From positions 943 to 64,942 of the forward strand of contig CAVQKO010000004.1 in the NCBI GenBank assembly GCA_963713075.1: a DNA stretch of 64,000 nucleotides, given 5' to 3'. The first letter of the stretch is position 1. Each line of letters opens with the position of its first letter. Positions 41,236-50,706 of the stretch are shown here, one piece after another. Made by a program: the position numbers and the translations under genes. The DNA is from an uncultured Chloroflexia bacterium (lineage in GTDB: Bacteria; Chloroflexota; Limnocylindria; Limnocylindrales; CSP1-4). Below the pieces are notes generated by a model. That model was given only the letters and a program-made list of their open reading frames with translations, was not told the origin of the DNA and did no database searches.

Positions 41236-41480
41236 CCCAACCTCGGTGGTCGCCGGTCGGCGGCGATGTGCGGGGGACGCCTAGAAGGGGCAAGTATCGG
41301 CGCCGGCCGCCGGTCAGCCGATGGCCGAACGGGCCCCGGGGCGCGGGCCGGATTGCGCTCCGGTGGCGGGGGCGCCCCCCGTGGGTGGCAGCGTGCCCAG
41401 GCCGTGGACTCGTGGGGCACACGAGCGTAGGCTGCCGATGTGCGCGCGGGCACGGGGGGCGCGCACAGGAGGTGGGAACG

Positions 41481-41864
41481 ATGGCCACGGACTTCGCGCT
41501 GTGCCTGCCGACCCGGCCGGGCACCCTCGTGCAGGTGGCCGAGGCGCTCGGGCACGCCGGCATCAACATCGACGGAGCGTGCGGCGTGGAGTCCGGCGAC
41601 GCCGCCGTCCTCCACGTCATCGTCAGCGACGCAGAGCTCGCACGGCGCACCCTGCTCAACGCGGGCGTGGAGATCTGCGGCGAGACGTCGGTGTCGATCC
41701 TCGACGTCGAGAACCGGCCGGGCAGCGCGGCCTCAGTGCTGCGGCGGGTGGCCGATGCCGGCGTCAACCTCGAACTGCTGTACACGACGCTCGACGGGCG
41801 GCTCGTCCTGGGCAGCGACGAGCCTGCCCGGCTCCGCGATGCGCTGGCGGCGAGCGCCGGGTAG
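41481..41864 (+). CDS. Tandem ACT-domain protein
   Basis: AGGAGGTGGG SD before the ATG. Two ACT-like halves (LCLPTRPGTLVQVAEALGHAGINIDG... and VSILDVENRPGSAASVLRRVADAGVNLEL...). Confidence 0.7.
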   Translation: MATDFALCLPTRPGTLVQVAEALGHAGINIDGACGVESGDAAVLHVIVSDAELARRTLLNAGVEICGETSVSILDVENRPGSAASVLRRVADAGVNLELLYTTLDGRLVLGSDEPARLRDALAASAG

Positions 41865-41996
41865 CGCGGCGAGCGCCGGAGACGCCGGCGACACGAGGTG
41901 GCTGGCGTGCGAGACTAGGCGGGTCCGGCCCCCCCCGGCCGCGGCTGCCGTGTCGGCCGCCCCGCGTGTCCCCGGCCGGCCTCGGGAGGCGTCCAT

Positions 41997-42387
41997 GGCC
42001 CAGGTTGTCGTCAACGGCGCCCAGCTCGCCTGCTCCTTCGGCCAGGCGCCGTCCACGCTCACCGTGCTGCCGGCGGGCCAGCCTGTCCAGAGCAGCAACC
42101 AGCTTGTCGCCAAGACCACGGACATGCAGCCGATGGCGAACATAGCGCCGTTCGGGATGTGCATGACCCTCTCGAACCCGCAGGTGGCGTCGGCCACCTC
42201 GGCGGCACAGGGCGTCCTCACCCCGCAGCCGTGCGTCCCGGTGATCACCGCGCCCTGGACCCCCGGCTCGGCCACGGTGACGGTGGGCGGCACGCCCGCG
42301 CTCACCAGTTCCAGCCAGTGCATGTGCATGTGGGGCGGCTCGATCACGATCACATCGCCGGGCCAGACGACGGTGTCGACGGGCTGA
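41997..42387 (+). CDS. DUF4280 (PAAR-like) domain protein
   Basis: GGGAGG SD before the ATG. Signatures VVNGAQLACSFGQAPSTLTVLP, NIAPFGMCMTLSNPQVASATSAAQGVLTPQPCVPV, and SSQCMCMWGGSITITSPGQTTV match the DUF4280 family pattern recalled from memory. Confidence 0.7.
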
Positions 42388-42494
42388 CAGCGCGCGACGC
42401 CGCGGACCCGGTGCCGGCACCCCCGCGCCGACAGCCCCGCGCTGGCACCCCGCCGCCCGGCGATCCGCGGGCCCCCGGCGATCCGGGGCCGCCC

Positions 42495-43421
42495 TCAGGC
42501 GGTTCTGCGGAAGGCGATGGCGCGCCCCTCGTCCTTCACGGTGAGCGTGTCGCCCGCCACCCACGCCTCGCCCGCCATGTCCTCGCCCATGCCGCTGACG
42601 TGGAGCTTGCCGTCGCCCGACACCGACCAATGGCCCGACGCGGCCTGGCCGTTGGGCAGCACGGTCGAGGCGCGGCCGTCCGGCCCGAACGTGACGTGGA
42701 GGCCCGCCCACTGCCAGGAGCCGACGACCGCCTCGGCGAGCGGCCGCGGGTCCTGCTCCCCCGCCGGCGGCGGCGTCGGCGAGACGAACATCGCGTCCTT
42801 GAGCGCCTCCATCGACGCCATCGCCTCCAGTCGCGACGCCTGGCTGTGGTTGGACCGGAGCCCCGCGACGACTGACGCGAGCGCGGCGCCGGGCGAGTCC
42901 ATCGCCCCGGCCGGAACGGCGCGGTCGGGCAGCCGCTCGAAGTTGACGACGCGGCCGCTGTGCGGCAGCAAGTACAGCCGCATGACCCCGGCGTCCGGCG
43001 CAGCGTCGAACATCGTCCGCGACACCTCGAACCGGCGATTGCCCAGGTCGAAGTAGAACCACGTGAGGCGCTGGCCCTGCTGCTGATGCTTGCCGAAGGC
43101 GCCCTCGACGGACTCGACCCGGCCCGCCCGCAGGTCGCGTGTGAGCGGGTCCTGGCCGCTCAGCGCCCGCACGACCAGCACGGCGGCGATCACGAACGCC
43201 ACGGCGCCCACGCCGAGCCGGGCGATCTCGGGGTAGTTGCCCCCGGACGAGGTCGCCACGAGCACGCCGATCACGACGGCGATGCCCGCGAACAGGAACT
43301 CGTTCTGGAAGCCGCTCTTCTGGGCACGACCGGCAGCGGTGCGCTGGTCCGGGGTGAGCTGACCCGCGCGATTGGTCGCCAGGGACGTCGCGTCATAGGC
43401 CGTGCCGACGGGAACGCTCAT
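42495..43421 (-). CDS. Hypothetical membrane protein (2 TM) with C-terminal soluble domain
   Basis: TM helices FLFAGIAVVIGVLVATSS and VGAVAFVIAAVLVVRAL, then a non-repetitive domain. Convergent with the DUF4280 gene. Confidence 0.55.
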   Translation of the reverse strand: MSVPVGTAYDATSLATNRAGQLTPDQRTAAGRAQKSGFQNEFLFAGIAVVIGVLVATSSGGNYPEIARLGVGAVAFVIAAVLVVRALSGQDPLTRDLRAGRVESVEGAFGKHQQQGQRLTWFYFDLGNRRFEVSRTMFDAAPDAGVMRLYLLPHSGRVVNFERLPDRAVPAGAMDSPGAALASVVAGLRSNHSQASRLEAMASMEALKDAMFVSPTPPPAGEQDPRPLAEAVVGSWQWAGLHVTFGPDGRASTVLPNGQAASGHWSVSGDGKLHVSGMGEDMAGEAWVAGDTLTVKDEGRAIAFRRTA

Positions 43422-43534
43422 CGCACACCTCCCACACCGCCCGTGGTCCGCGCGGGCTGACGAGGCCGCGATCCTACTCGACCGCGGCTGTCCATGGCGT
43501 CCGCGTCGCTGGTTGGTCCCCCGCGCCAGCCGCC

Positions 43535-44212
43535 TCAGGCCAGGCCGACCTCCGCGAGCAGGTCGCCCGGCAGGGCCGTGTAGTCGGCCACCACGGCCCG
43601 GGCCCCGGCCTCGGCGAGCGCGTCGGGCGACTGCGACGACGCGATCCCAAGCACCTCGCAGCCCGCCGCCCGGCCCGCCAGCACGCCGTTGCGGGCGTCC
43701 TCCACCACGAGGCAGCGCGCGGGCTCGAGTCCAAGTCTGCGGATCGCCGTGAGGAACGTCTCGGGGTCGGGCTTCTTGCGGGCGACGTCCTCGGCACTGA
43801 CGACGGTGTCGAACGCGCTGTCGGCCAGGCCCAGGGCTGCGAGGTTGCCCTGCAGCTTGGCGCGGTCCGAGCCCGTGGCCAGGCCGACACGCAGCCCGGC
43901 CGCCCGGAGCGCGGCCAGGAAGGCGAGCGCCCCCGCGATCGGCTGGAGGGCGCCCCGGATGAGCTCGAGGTAGACCTCGTAGGTGAGCGCCTTGTCGACG
44001 GCCAGGTCCGCGGTCACGCCATGGGCGGCGGCGGCCCCGCTGATGAACCGGTCGTCACCCGCGCCGACGAACGGCGCGAAGTCCTCGACGGAGACCTCGA
44101 TCCCGTAACGCCGCCGAAGGGCCTCTGCGGCGGCGGCCGCGATGAACGGCTCCGAGTCGCACAGGGTGCCGTCGAGGTCGAACACGACGGCGTCGAAGCG
44201 ACGGGCGGGCAT
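43535..44212 (-). CDS. HAD-superfamily hydrolase (phosphatase, subfamily IA)
   Basis: ATG at 44212. Motif I VVFDLDGTL, then LATGS, K...KPDP and VVEDARNGVLAGRAAG. Confidence 0.8.
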   Translation of the reverse strand: MPARRFDAVVFDLDGTLCDSEPFIAAAAAEALRRRYGIEVSVEDFAPFVGAGDDRFISGAAAAHGVTADLAVDKALTYEVYLELIRGALQPIAGALAFLAALRAAGLRVGLATGSDRAKLQGNLAALGLADSAFDTVVSAEDVARKKPDPETFLTAIRRLGLEPARCLVVEDARNGVLAGRAAGCEVLGIASSQSPDALAEAGARAVVADYTALPGDLLAEVGLA

Positions 44213-44331
44213 GCCCGGACGGTAGCACGGGCACACCTGCCACCTGAGCTGGACCACATTCCTGCAGGCGAGGCGGGGCCCGGCCGGCGCCGCGCCCCGC
44301 CTCCCGCCCCCAGCAGCCGCACAATGGCGGC

Positions 44332-45024
44332 ATGCGCGAACCCTCCCTGAGCCAGTCCGTCGAGACCGTGGCCGCCTTCCTGGCCCGAAAGCCCCTCGCC
44401 GAGGCGATCGCCAGCCTCGAGTCGACCACCGAGCACGCCACGGCGCTCGAGATCCGGGCCGCCGCCGTGGCCGCCGGCGTGGACGCGCATCTGCTCGCGT
44501 CGTCGATCCGGGTCCGGCGCGAACTCTGGCGCCTGAGCGACCTCGTGCACGCCGCAGCGATCCTCCAGCTCCTGCCGGCGCTGCTCGAGGACGGCGAGAC
44601 CCTCGTCAGCCGCCCGTCGCTCGCCGCGGGCGACGACCCGCGACGCCCGTTCGACGTGGAGACCAACCTCCGGGTGGCCGAGTTCAAGTTCGCGGCCTGG
44701 ACCGGGCGCGACGTGCTCCACAAGCGGGAGCTGTTCAAGGCCTTCGTCCGCCTGGCCGCGGACACATCCGGCAGGCGCACGCAGCTGCTCGTCCTGGGCG
44801 CCGAGCCGGGGCGGTTCCTCGAGACCTCGCGCTCCAGGGTGTCGTGGGCGCTGGCCCGCTCGCCCGGAGCGCTCCGGCTGTTCACCGAGCGGTTCGGCGA
44901 CGTGGGCACCTCGGTGGCGGCCTTCGCGGCCGGCCCCGGCTCACGGGTGCAGCTCGTCGACGTGGCGCCGATGCTGCCTGCGGGCATCCTCGTTGCGGCG
45001 GAGGACGAGGCAGAGGTGGCCTGA
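44332..45024 (+). CDS. Hypothetical protein; possible PD-(D/E)xK nuclease-like motif
   Basis: 230-aa non-repetitive ORF. The segment RPFDVETNLRVAEFKFAAW has a D...E.K arrangement; this reading is speculative. Confidence 0.45.
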   Translation: MREPSLSQSVETVAAFLARKPLAEAIASLESTTEHATALEIRAAAVAAGVDAHLLASSIRVRRELWRLSDLVHAAAILQLLPALLEDGETLVSRPSLAAGDDPRRPFDVETNLRVAEFKFAAWTGRDVLHKRELFKAFVRLAADTSGRRTQLLVLGAEPGRFLETSRSRVSWALARSPGALRLFTERFGDVGTSVAAFAAGPGSRVQLVDVAPMLPAGILVAAEDEAEVA

Positions 45025-45060
45025 GCCGCTCCGCGTCTGGCGGCGAGCCGCGGCGGCCCG

Positions 45061-45324
45061 TCAGGCCGCGTCGAGGCCCCGTTCGTCGAGGAGACAGCGG
45101 TCGCTCACGATGCCGCCGAGCACCTCCCCTGCCCCGATGCGGTACAGCCGCTCGACGTCCTGGTCGAGCACCAGCCGTCCACAGGTCCGGCACACGGCCG
45201 CCGGCACGCCGAAGAAGTGGCGCTCGACGCCCTGGTCATCGGCGACCGTGAGGTCGAACGAGCTGACCGCGGTGCGGTCGCCGCAGGATGCGCAGGATGC
45301 GCAGATGTCCGCGGGGCTGGCCAT
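45061..45324 (-). CDS. Small zinc-ribbon protein (YgiT/MqsA-N-like CxxC...CxxC)
   Basis: ATG at 45324 with a GAGG 7 nt upstream. ICASCASCGD ... VCRTCGR gives two CxxC pairs about 30 aa apart. Confidence 0.45.
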   Translation of the reverse strand: MASPADICASCASCGDRTAVSSFDLTVADDQGVERHFFGVPAAVCRTCGRLVLDQDVERLYRIGAGEVLGGIVSDRCLLDERGLDAA

Positions 45325-45518
45325 GGGACGCCTCGTCATCGCTGAGCCGATGACCCCAGCGTCGTGCGCCGACCTGCGGTTCGCGATGAGCCGATCGCCA
45401 TGCGTCTGCCGGGCCGCACGGCCTGCAGCTGACCCGGTGGACGGCGCAGCGTTCCTGGCCAGCAGCGAGCGGGGCCCCGGCGATCGCCGGGCCCCGCTCG
45501 TGGTCTCGGCAGCCTCGG

Positions 45519-45926
45519 CTACACCGCCATCGAGCCCGACATCGCCATGTCGCCGAGCGCCGCCCGCGCCTTGCTCGCGTCGTCCGTGGCGAACGCGACG
45601 TGGACGCCCCGGCTGTCCATGCCGGTCGGCACCGCGGCCTCGATGTTGACGCCAGCACTGGCCATCCGCCGCGACGCCTCGGCCAGGGAGCCCGGCGTGT
45701 CCTGGATCGTCGCGACCACGAGCTCGCGCTCATGGCACGTGTAGCTCGCGTCGTTGAGCGCCCGGCGGGTCGCCGCCTCGTCGTTGGTGATCAGGCACAC
45801 CGAGCCGTCGTCGCCGCACGCGGCGCCGGTGAAGCCGGTGATGTTGATCCCCTTGGCGCTGATGACCTCGGCGAGCCTTGCCAGCTCGCCGGGGCGGTTC
45901 TTGAGGTCGACCACGAAGGCTTGCAC
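45519..45926 (-). CDS. Tandem ACT-domain protein, circularly permuted paralog of 41481..41864
   Basis: In-frame GTG at 45926. Halves FVVDLKNRPGELARLAEVISAKGINITG... and LVVATIQDTPGSLAEASRRMASAGVNIEA... . Confidence 0.65.
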   Translation of the reverse strand: MQAFVVDLKNRPGELARLAEVISAKGINITGFTGAACGDDGSVCLITNDEAATRRALNDASYTCHERELVVATIQDTPGSLAEASRRMASAGVNIEAAVPTGMDSRGVHVAFATDDASKARAALGDMAMSGSMAV

Positions 45927-46228
45927 GGGGACGCCACCGCCTTTCTCGCGCCGGCCCGCGCGGCGGGGCACAGTGGTCGCCGAGGAGGCCGACGGACCTC
46001 TGATTCTACGAGCCGTGTCACCTGATCCCGGGGGCGCCGCCCGTGACGCGGGGGGCGCGGTCGGCGGCGGTCGAGCCGGGCGCCAGGCTGCGTCCGGTGC
46101 GTGGACGCACCGGAGATTCAAGGCAATTCCAATTCCCGCGACCCACCCGCCGATCTATAGTCGAGCGCGTCGGACCGCCGTGTCGTCGGATTGGCGCCGC
46201 GGGCCCGCTGCAATACCGGGGAGGGAAC

Positions 46229-48004
46229 ATGGGTCGGACACGACGTGGGATCGCCAGGTCGGGCACGTTCGTGATGGCCGGAGTGCTGCTCGTCAGCCTC
46301 TTCGGCGCTTCCACCGCGGCCGCTGCGGGACCGCGGAACCACCACTCTGGCCGCTATCTGATCGTCGCCAAGAGCGGCGCGGACTTCGCGGCCATGCGGA
46401 GCGCGGTCGTGGCGTCGGGTGCCACGATCATCGACGAGGTCTCGGCGGCGGACACCCTGGTCGTGACCGGGTCCGGGGCGTCCATCGACACGATCGCCGC
46501 GAACGGCCATGTGGCCTCGACGGCGCTCGACCACATCGAGAAGGTCAACCCGCCCGAGAGCGGCAGCACCCGCCAGGTGCCGCACGCGTACAAGGCGAAG
46601 CTCGGCGGCCACACCACCGTCAAGCCCGACCCCGCGTTCGGCCTCGACGGGCTGATGTGGAACGTCGACCGCATCAACGCACCCGCTGCCTGGCGGACCA
46701 CCGAGGGCAGCGGCAACGTGTACGTAGGCGTCGCCGACACCGGCCTCGACTACACGCATTCGGAGCTCGCCGGCAGGGTTGTCGACGTCGAGGACTTCAC
46801 GACCGCCGAAGACCCGGCCCTGTGCAGCACGTACTTCGGCATCAGCGACGCCGACCTGTCCTCCATGTACGGCGGCCCGGCCAACGGCGACTGGAACGGC
46901 CACGGCTCGTGGATCGGCGGCAACATCGCCGCCAACCTCGACGGCACCGGCATCAACGGCATCGCCCCCAAGGTCAAGCTCGTCGCGCTCAAGATCGCCC
47001 AGTGGTGCGGCTACGCGTACGACTCGACCATCCTCGCCGCCTTCCAGTGGGCAGCCGACCACCACATCAACGTGGTCAGCATCTCGTTCGGCGGCTACCT
47101 CGACCGGAGCGACCCGGACCAGAACACGGTCTACCAGCAGTACATCAAGACCGTCGCCTACGCCCGCAAGAAGGGAACCGTGATCGTGGCCGCGGCCGGC
47201 AACGAGCACGTTCGGGTCGGCGCCGGCGGCGTCGTGCTGAGCCACGGCATCCTGTGGTCCCCGGGCGACGTGCCCGATCCGGTGAACAACCCGATCGACT
47301 ACTACGGCTTCTACGAGGTGCCGGGCGGCGTCCCGGGCGTGGTCGACGTCTCCGCGACCGGCAACGTCGTCGCCAAGGCGACCGCCGACTGCGTGGGCGA
47401 CTACCCCAACGCCACCTGCAAGCCCACCTCCGACGCGCACCAGCCCTTCGGCGCGGGCCGCCAGGACCAGCTCGCGTACTACAGCAACTACGGCCCGCGG
47501 ATCGACGTCGCTGCGCCCGGCGGCGCCCGCGAGTTCAACCTCCCGCTCTGGGATCGCGGCGGCACGCCCGGCTACCCGGTCACGACAGCCGACGGCTACA
47601 AGGCCTACGAGGACTTCAGCATCACCTCGAACTGGTCCACCGAGATCCCGTGCTACTACAACCTCGGGCCGCAGTTCTACCCGGACGAGTGCTACAGCAC
47701 CATCCAGGGCACCTCGATGGCAACCCCGCACGTGTCGGCGGTGGTCGCGCTCATCGCGAGCGCCAAGCCGCAGATCGCCCACAACCCCAGCGCCCTGGTC
47801 GCAGACCTCAAGACCACGGCCCGCGACGTCTGGGGCAACAAGACGCCGGGCCTGAGTGCGACCGACACCTCGGCCGCGGACGCCACCGGGGTGACGTGCC
47901 CGACCGGGTACTGCCATCTCGGCGGCAGGGCCATCTCCGACCGCGAGGCGTACGGCGCCGGCATCGTCGACGCCCGAGCAGCTGTCGGGCGGTGGTGGCA
48001 CTAG
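46229..48004 (+). CDS. Secreted subtilisin-like serine protease (peptidase S8) with N-terminal propeptide
   Basis: GGGAGGGAA SD before the ATG. Signal peptide, then the catalytic triad contexts GVADTGLD, NGHGSWIGG and GTSMATPHVSAVVAL. Confidence 0.9.
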   Translation: MGRTRRGIARSGTFVMAGVLLVSLFGASTAAAAGPRNHHSGRYLIVAKSGADFAAMRSAVVASGATIIDEVSAADTLVVTGSGASIDTIAANGHVASTALDHIEKVNPPESGSTRQVPHAYKAKLGGHTTVKPDPAFGLDGLMWNVDRINAPAAWRTTEGSGNVYVGVADTGLDYTHSELAGRVVDVEDFTTAEDPALCSTYFGISDADLSSMYGGPANGDWNGHGSWIGGNIAANLDGTGINGIAPKVKLVALKIAQWCGYAYDSTILAAFQWAADHHINVVSISFGGYLDRSDPDQNTVYQQYIKTVAYARKKGTVIVAAAGNEHVRVGAGGVVLSHGILWSPGDVPDPVNNPIDYYGFYEVPGGVPGVVDVSATGNVVAKATADCVGDYPNATCKPTSDAHQPFGAGRQDQLAYYSNYGPRIDVAAPGGAREFNLPLWDRGGTPGYPVTTADGYKAYEDFSITSNWSTEIPCYYNLGPQFYPDECYSTIQGTSMATPHVSAVVALIASAKPQIAHNPSALVADLKTTARDVWGNKTPGLSATDTSAADATGVTCPTGYCHLGGRAISDREAYGAGIVDARAAVGRWWH

Positions 48005-48233
48005 CGGAGGCGCCGCCAGCTCGAGCGCGCACAAGAGGGCCGCCCCTCGTCACCGACGAGCCGGCGGCCCTGGACAACCCGGACGCACGACGTGACGTCA
48101 AGCGGCCGGCCCGCACAGCGACGTGCGGGCCGGCCGCTTCTTCGTCGGTGCCGGATCGGTCGGCGAACGCGCAGCCCTGCTGGCGGACCGGCCGGCCGTG
48201 CGCGGCGGGGCGCGGCGGGGCGGCGGGGCGCGC

Positions 48234-49925
48234 CTAGGGTTGCGCGACCGGGTACTGGTCGGTGAACTCCCACTCCTTGAGCGCGGCGTTGAGGTGGTAG
48301 ATGGCGATCTGCCCGGGGACCATGTCGCCGGCGGGGTTGAAGCCGATCCGCCCGAGCACGGTGTCGACGAGGAAGCCGTGGTCCGTGGCCGTCTTGCGCA
48401 CGGCCTCGCGGCCCAGCGCGCCAATGCTCGCCGCCTCGCGGATCGCCTCGATGATCACCTGGGTGCAGGCATATGCCCCGAGGCTCCACGTCCCGGGGTC
48501 CTTGCCGTAGGCGGTGAAGAACCGGGCGGCGAACACGTCGTAGCCGGGAGCCCGGTAGCTGTAGCTCGCCGCGGCGTACGTCTTGGGGTCGGCACCCACC
48601 TGCGACACGAACGCGGCCGGGTCGTCGTCGCTTGCGAACGCGACGTCCTCGCTCGCGAGCAGCGGCACCGACGCGAGCCCCGCCTTCGCCATCGCCCTGC
48701 GTACGCTCACGGCACCCTGCTGGTCGCCCGCGAGGAACACGACGTCGGGCTTCGACGCCGCGGCCCCGTCGAGGGCGCGCTGGAGGCCGGTTCCGATCGA
48801 GGTGGTGGCGACGATCTTGCCGCCCCCCAGGTGGTGCCATCGACTCGTGAAGCTGTCGACGTTGGCGACGCTGTTCGGCGTCCCGTCGCCCACAACGACG
48901 GCCGCCTTCCGGCCCAGCTGCGCGATCGCGAAGTCGGCCATCACCGCCCCCTGGTCGTCATCGGGGGTGACCACCCGCAGGAAGGCGTTGTAGTTCGGGC
49001 GGGCGGGCCGCAGGTTGACCGCCTCCCTGCCCTTGGTCAGGCCCGGCCACGAGCTCGACGGCGAGCACTGCAGCAGCCCGGCCCGGTTCGCGTCCGGGAT
49101 CTGGTCGTACGCCACGCCGCTGGTCTCCGGCCCCACGACGCCGACGACCGACTGGTCGCCGATGAGGCCGGCCATGTTGGCGACCGCCTTGTCCTCGTTC
49201 ACGCCCGACGTCGTCCCGTGGTCGAGGATGACCGTCTGGATCGACGCGCCCGGGATCGCCGCCTCGTCCTTGACCGCGAGCAGGACCCCATCGCGGATCG
49301 CCCCGGCCTCATCCGCGTAGGCGCCGACCAGCGGCAGTGTGAGGCCGATCTTGACCACGCCGCCGCCGAGCGTCGGCGATGGCCGGAGGGTCGGCTTCGG
49401 CGAGGGGGATCTCGTGGCCGCGGCGCGGGGCGCCGTGGTGGGGGATGCGCCCGTCCTGTTGGCGTTGCCGCCGAGTGCGCTTGCGGCGATCACGACCGCC
49501 ACCGCGAGCGCGATGAGCCCGCCGAGGCTCACGAGCAGCGGCTGCCGAGAGCGCGGCGGCGTCTGGTCCGGCGGTGTCGTCCAGACCGGACCGGCCGGCC
49601 TGCCAGCCCCGCCCTGACCCGGCGACCCCCAGGGCGAGGGCGCAACAGGACCGGAGGGCCACGACGGGTAGGCCGGACGGACCGCCGCCCCGGGACCGGC
49701 CGCCGCTCCGAGCGGAGGCGGCGGGGGCGTGCGGAGGGGACACGGACGGCCGCGCGCCCGGCGGGGGCGGGGGCGGGGGCGTCGCGGGCACAGGCCCGGC
49801 GGGCTCCTGCGCGGCGGCAGCCGGCGGGACGCCTGGAGCCGGTGGTCCGGCAGGCGCGGCACGCCGCCCGACCGGCGTGCCGCATCGGCCGCACGCGACT
49901 GCGGACGGGAGGAGCGGCGCACCAC
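48234..49925 (-). CDS. Membrane-anchored Leu/Ile/Val-type periplasmic binding protein (PBP type I); 5' end probably frameshifted, may extend to about 49947 in another frame
   Basis: LivK-like PBP1 domain (KIGLTLPLVGAYADEAG ... VVGVVGPETSGVAYD ... VVFLAGDQQGA) after a TM helix LLVSLGGLIALAVAVVIAA and a Pro-rich linker. A zinc-ribbon N-terminus (MSAMCPACG...CGRCG) lies in a different frame, shifting at the poly-G tract 49763-49779. Confidence 0.65.
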   Translation of the reverse strand: MVRRSSRPQSRAADAARRSGGVPRLPDHRLQASRRLPPRRSPPGLCPRRPRPRPRRARGRPCPLRTPPPPPLGAAAGPGAAVRPAYPSWPSGPVAPSPWGSPGQGGAGRPAGPVWTTPPDQTPPRSRQPLLVSLGGLIALAVAVVIAASALGGNANRTGASPTTAPRAAATRSPSPKPTLRPSPTLGGGVVKIGLTLPLVGAYADEAGAIRDGVLLAVKDEAAIPGASIQTVILDHGTTSGVNEDKAVANMAGLIGDQSVVGVVGPETSGVAYDQIPDANRAGLLQCSPSSSWPGLTKGREAVNLRPARPNYNAFLRVVTPDDDQGAVMADFAIAQLGRKAAVVVGDGTPNSVANVDSFTSRWHHLGGGKIVATTSIGTGLQRALDGAAASKPDVVFLAGDQQGAVSVRRAMAKAGLASVPLLASEDVAFASDDDPAAFVSQVGADPKTYAAASYSYRAPGYDVFAARFFTAYGKDPGTWSLGAYACTQVIIEAIREAASIGALGREAVRKTATDHGFLVDTVLGRIGFNPAGDMVPGQIAIYHLNAALKEWEFTDQYPVAQP

Positions 49926-50706
49926 AGGCCGGACACATCGCCGACATCGACAATCCCCCTTCTCCGTGTCGCGGGACGCCGCTCGATCCTAGCAGCGCCG
50001 GCGCTGCCCCAGACGGTCTCCACCGCCGGCGACGCGGATCGGCGGTGTCCGCTCGCACCTGGCGGGTGGCGACGGCGCGAGCTGGTGATCCGCTCGTCAA
50101 CGCCGCCGTATAGCACCCGCGACGCTCGAACACCGGACATCACCGGTGCGGCAAGTCGCCTCGGATCGCGAGCGCCGGCATCATGCCATCATTGCCGCCC
50201 ATGGCACGGCCAGCCGAATGACGGCGCCAGCGCCGCCGCCGCCCGCCGCCTTCCCCGCCACGCGGTCCCGCGGTGTCGTGCTGGGGAGAGCATCGAGCCC
50301 GGGGTCCACGCGGCGGGTGCGCTCATCGGCCTCGCCTGCCTCAACCTGGGCATCCTGACGCTGGGCTGGTCGATCCTCCGGCTGCGGCCGCGGCTGGGGC
50401 GGCTGGCGGTCGGCGCGGGCGTCGCGGGTCTGGTCGGCACGGTGTCGTTCCTGGCCGGCGTGGGGGCGCCGGGCATCACCGGGCGCGGCCGGGTGCGCCT
50501 GCTGCGTGCCGGCGGCACGCCGCCTCCCTGAACCCCGCGGCCCAGGGGATGTGAGGCCGTCGTCGTCCCCGTCGCTGACGCTTGGCGGCTGACCCCCCCG
50601 TTCGGGGAGTTGACAAACATTGCGGTTTGGTTGCGGAATCCCTCCTGCGGCGTCCCGTCGGCCGGGAGAGGGCACGGCAAGGCCCGCAGACACGGGAGAC
50701 CGATCG

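Noticed and set aside
49309-50133. Stand-alone 275-aa ORF starting MFERRGCYTAALTSG as an independent gene overlapping the binding-protein gene
   Set aside because: Only the zinc-ribbon and Pro-rich portion (from M at 49947) looks protein-like; the remainder is low-complexity. It is better explained as the frameshifted 5' end of the binding-protein gene.
50613-50650. TTGACA hexamer (50613-50618) as a sigma-70 -35 box for the small gene at 50707
   Set aside because: No acceptable -10 hexamer at 16-18 nt spacing. Actinobacterial promoters rarely match E. coli consensus, so this is not reportable.
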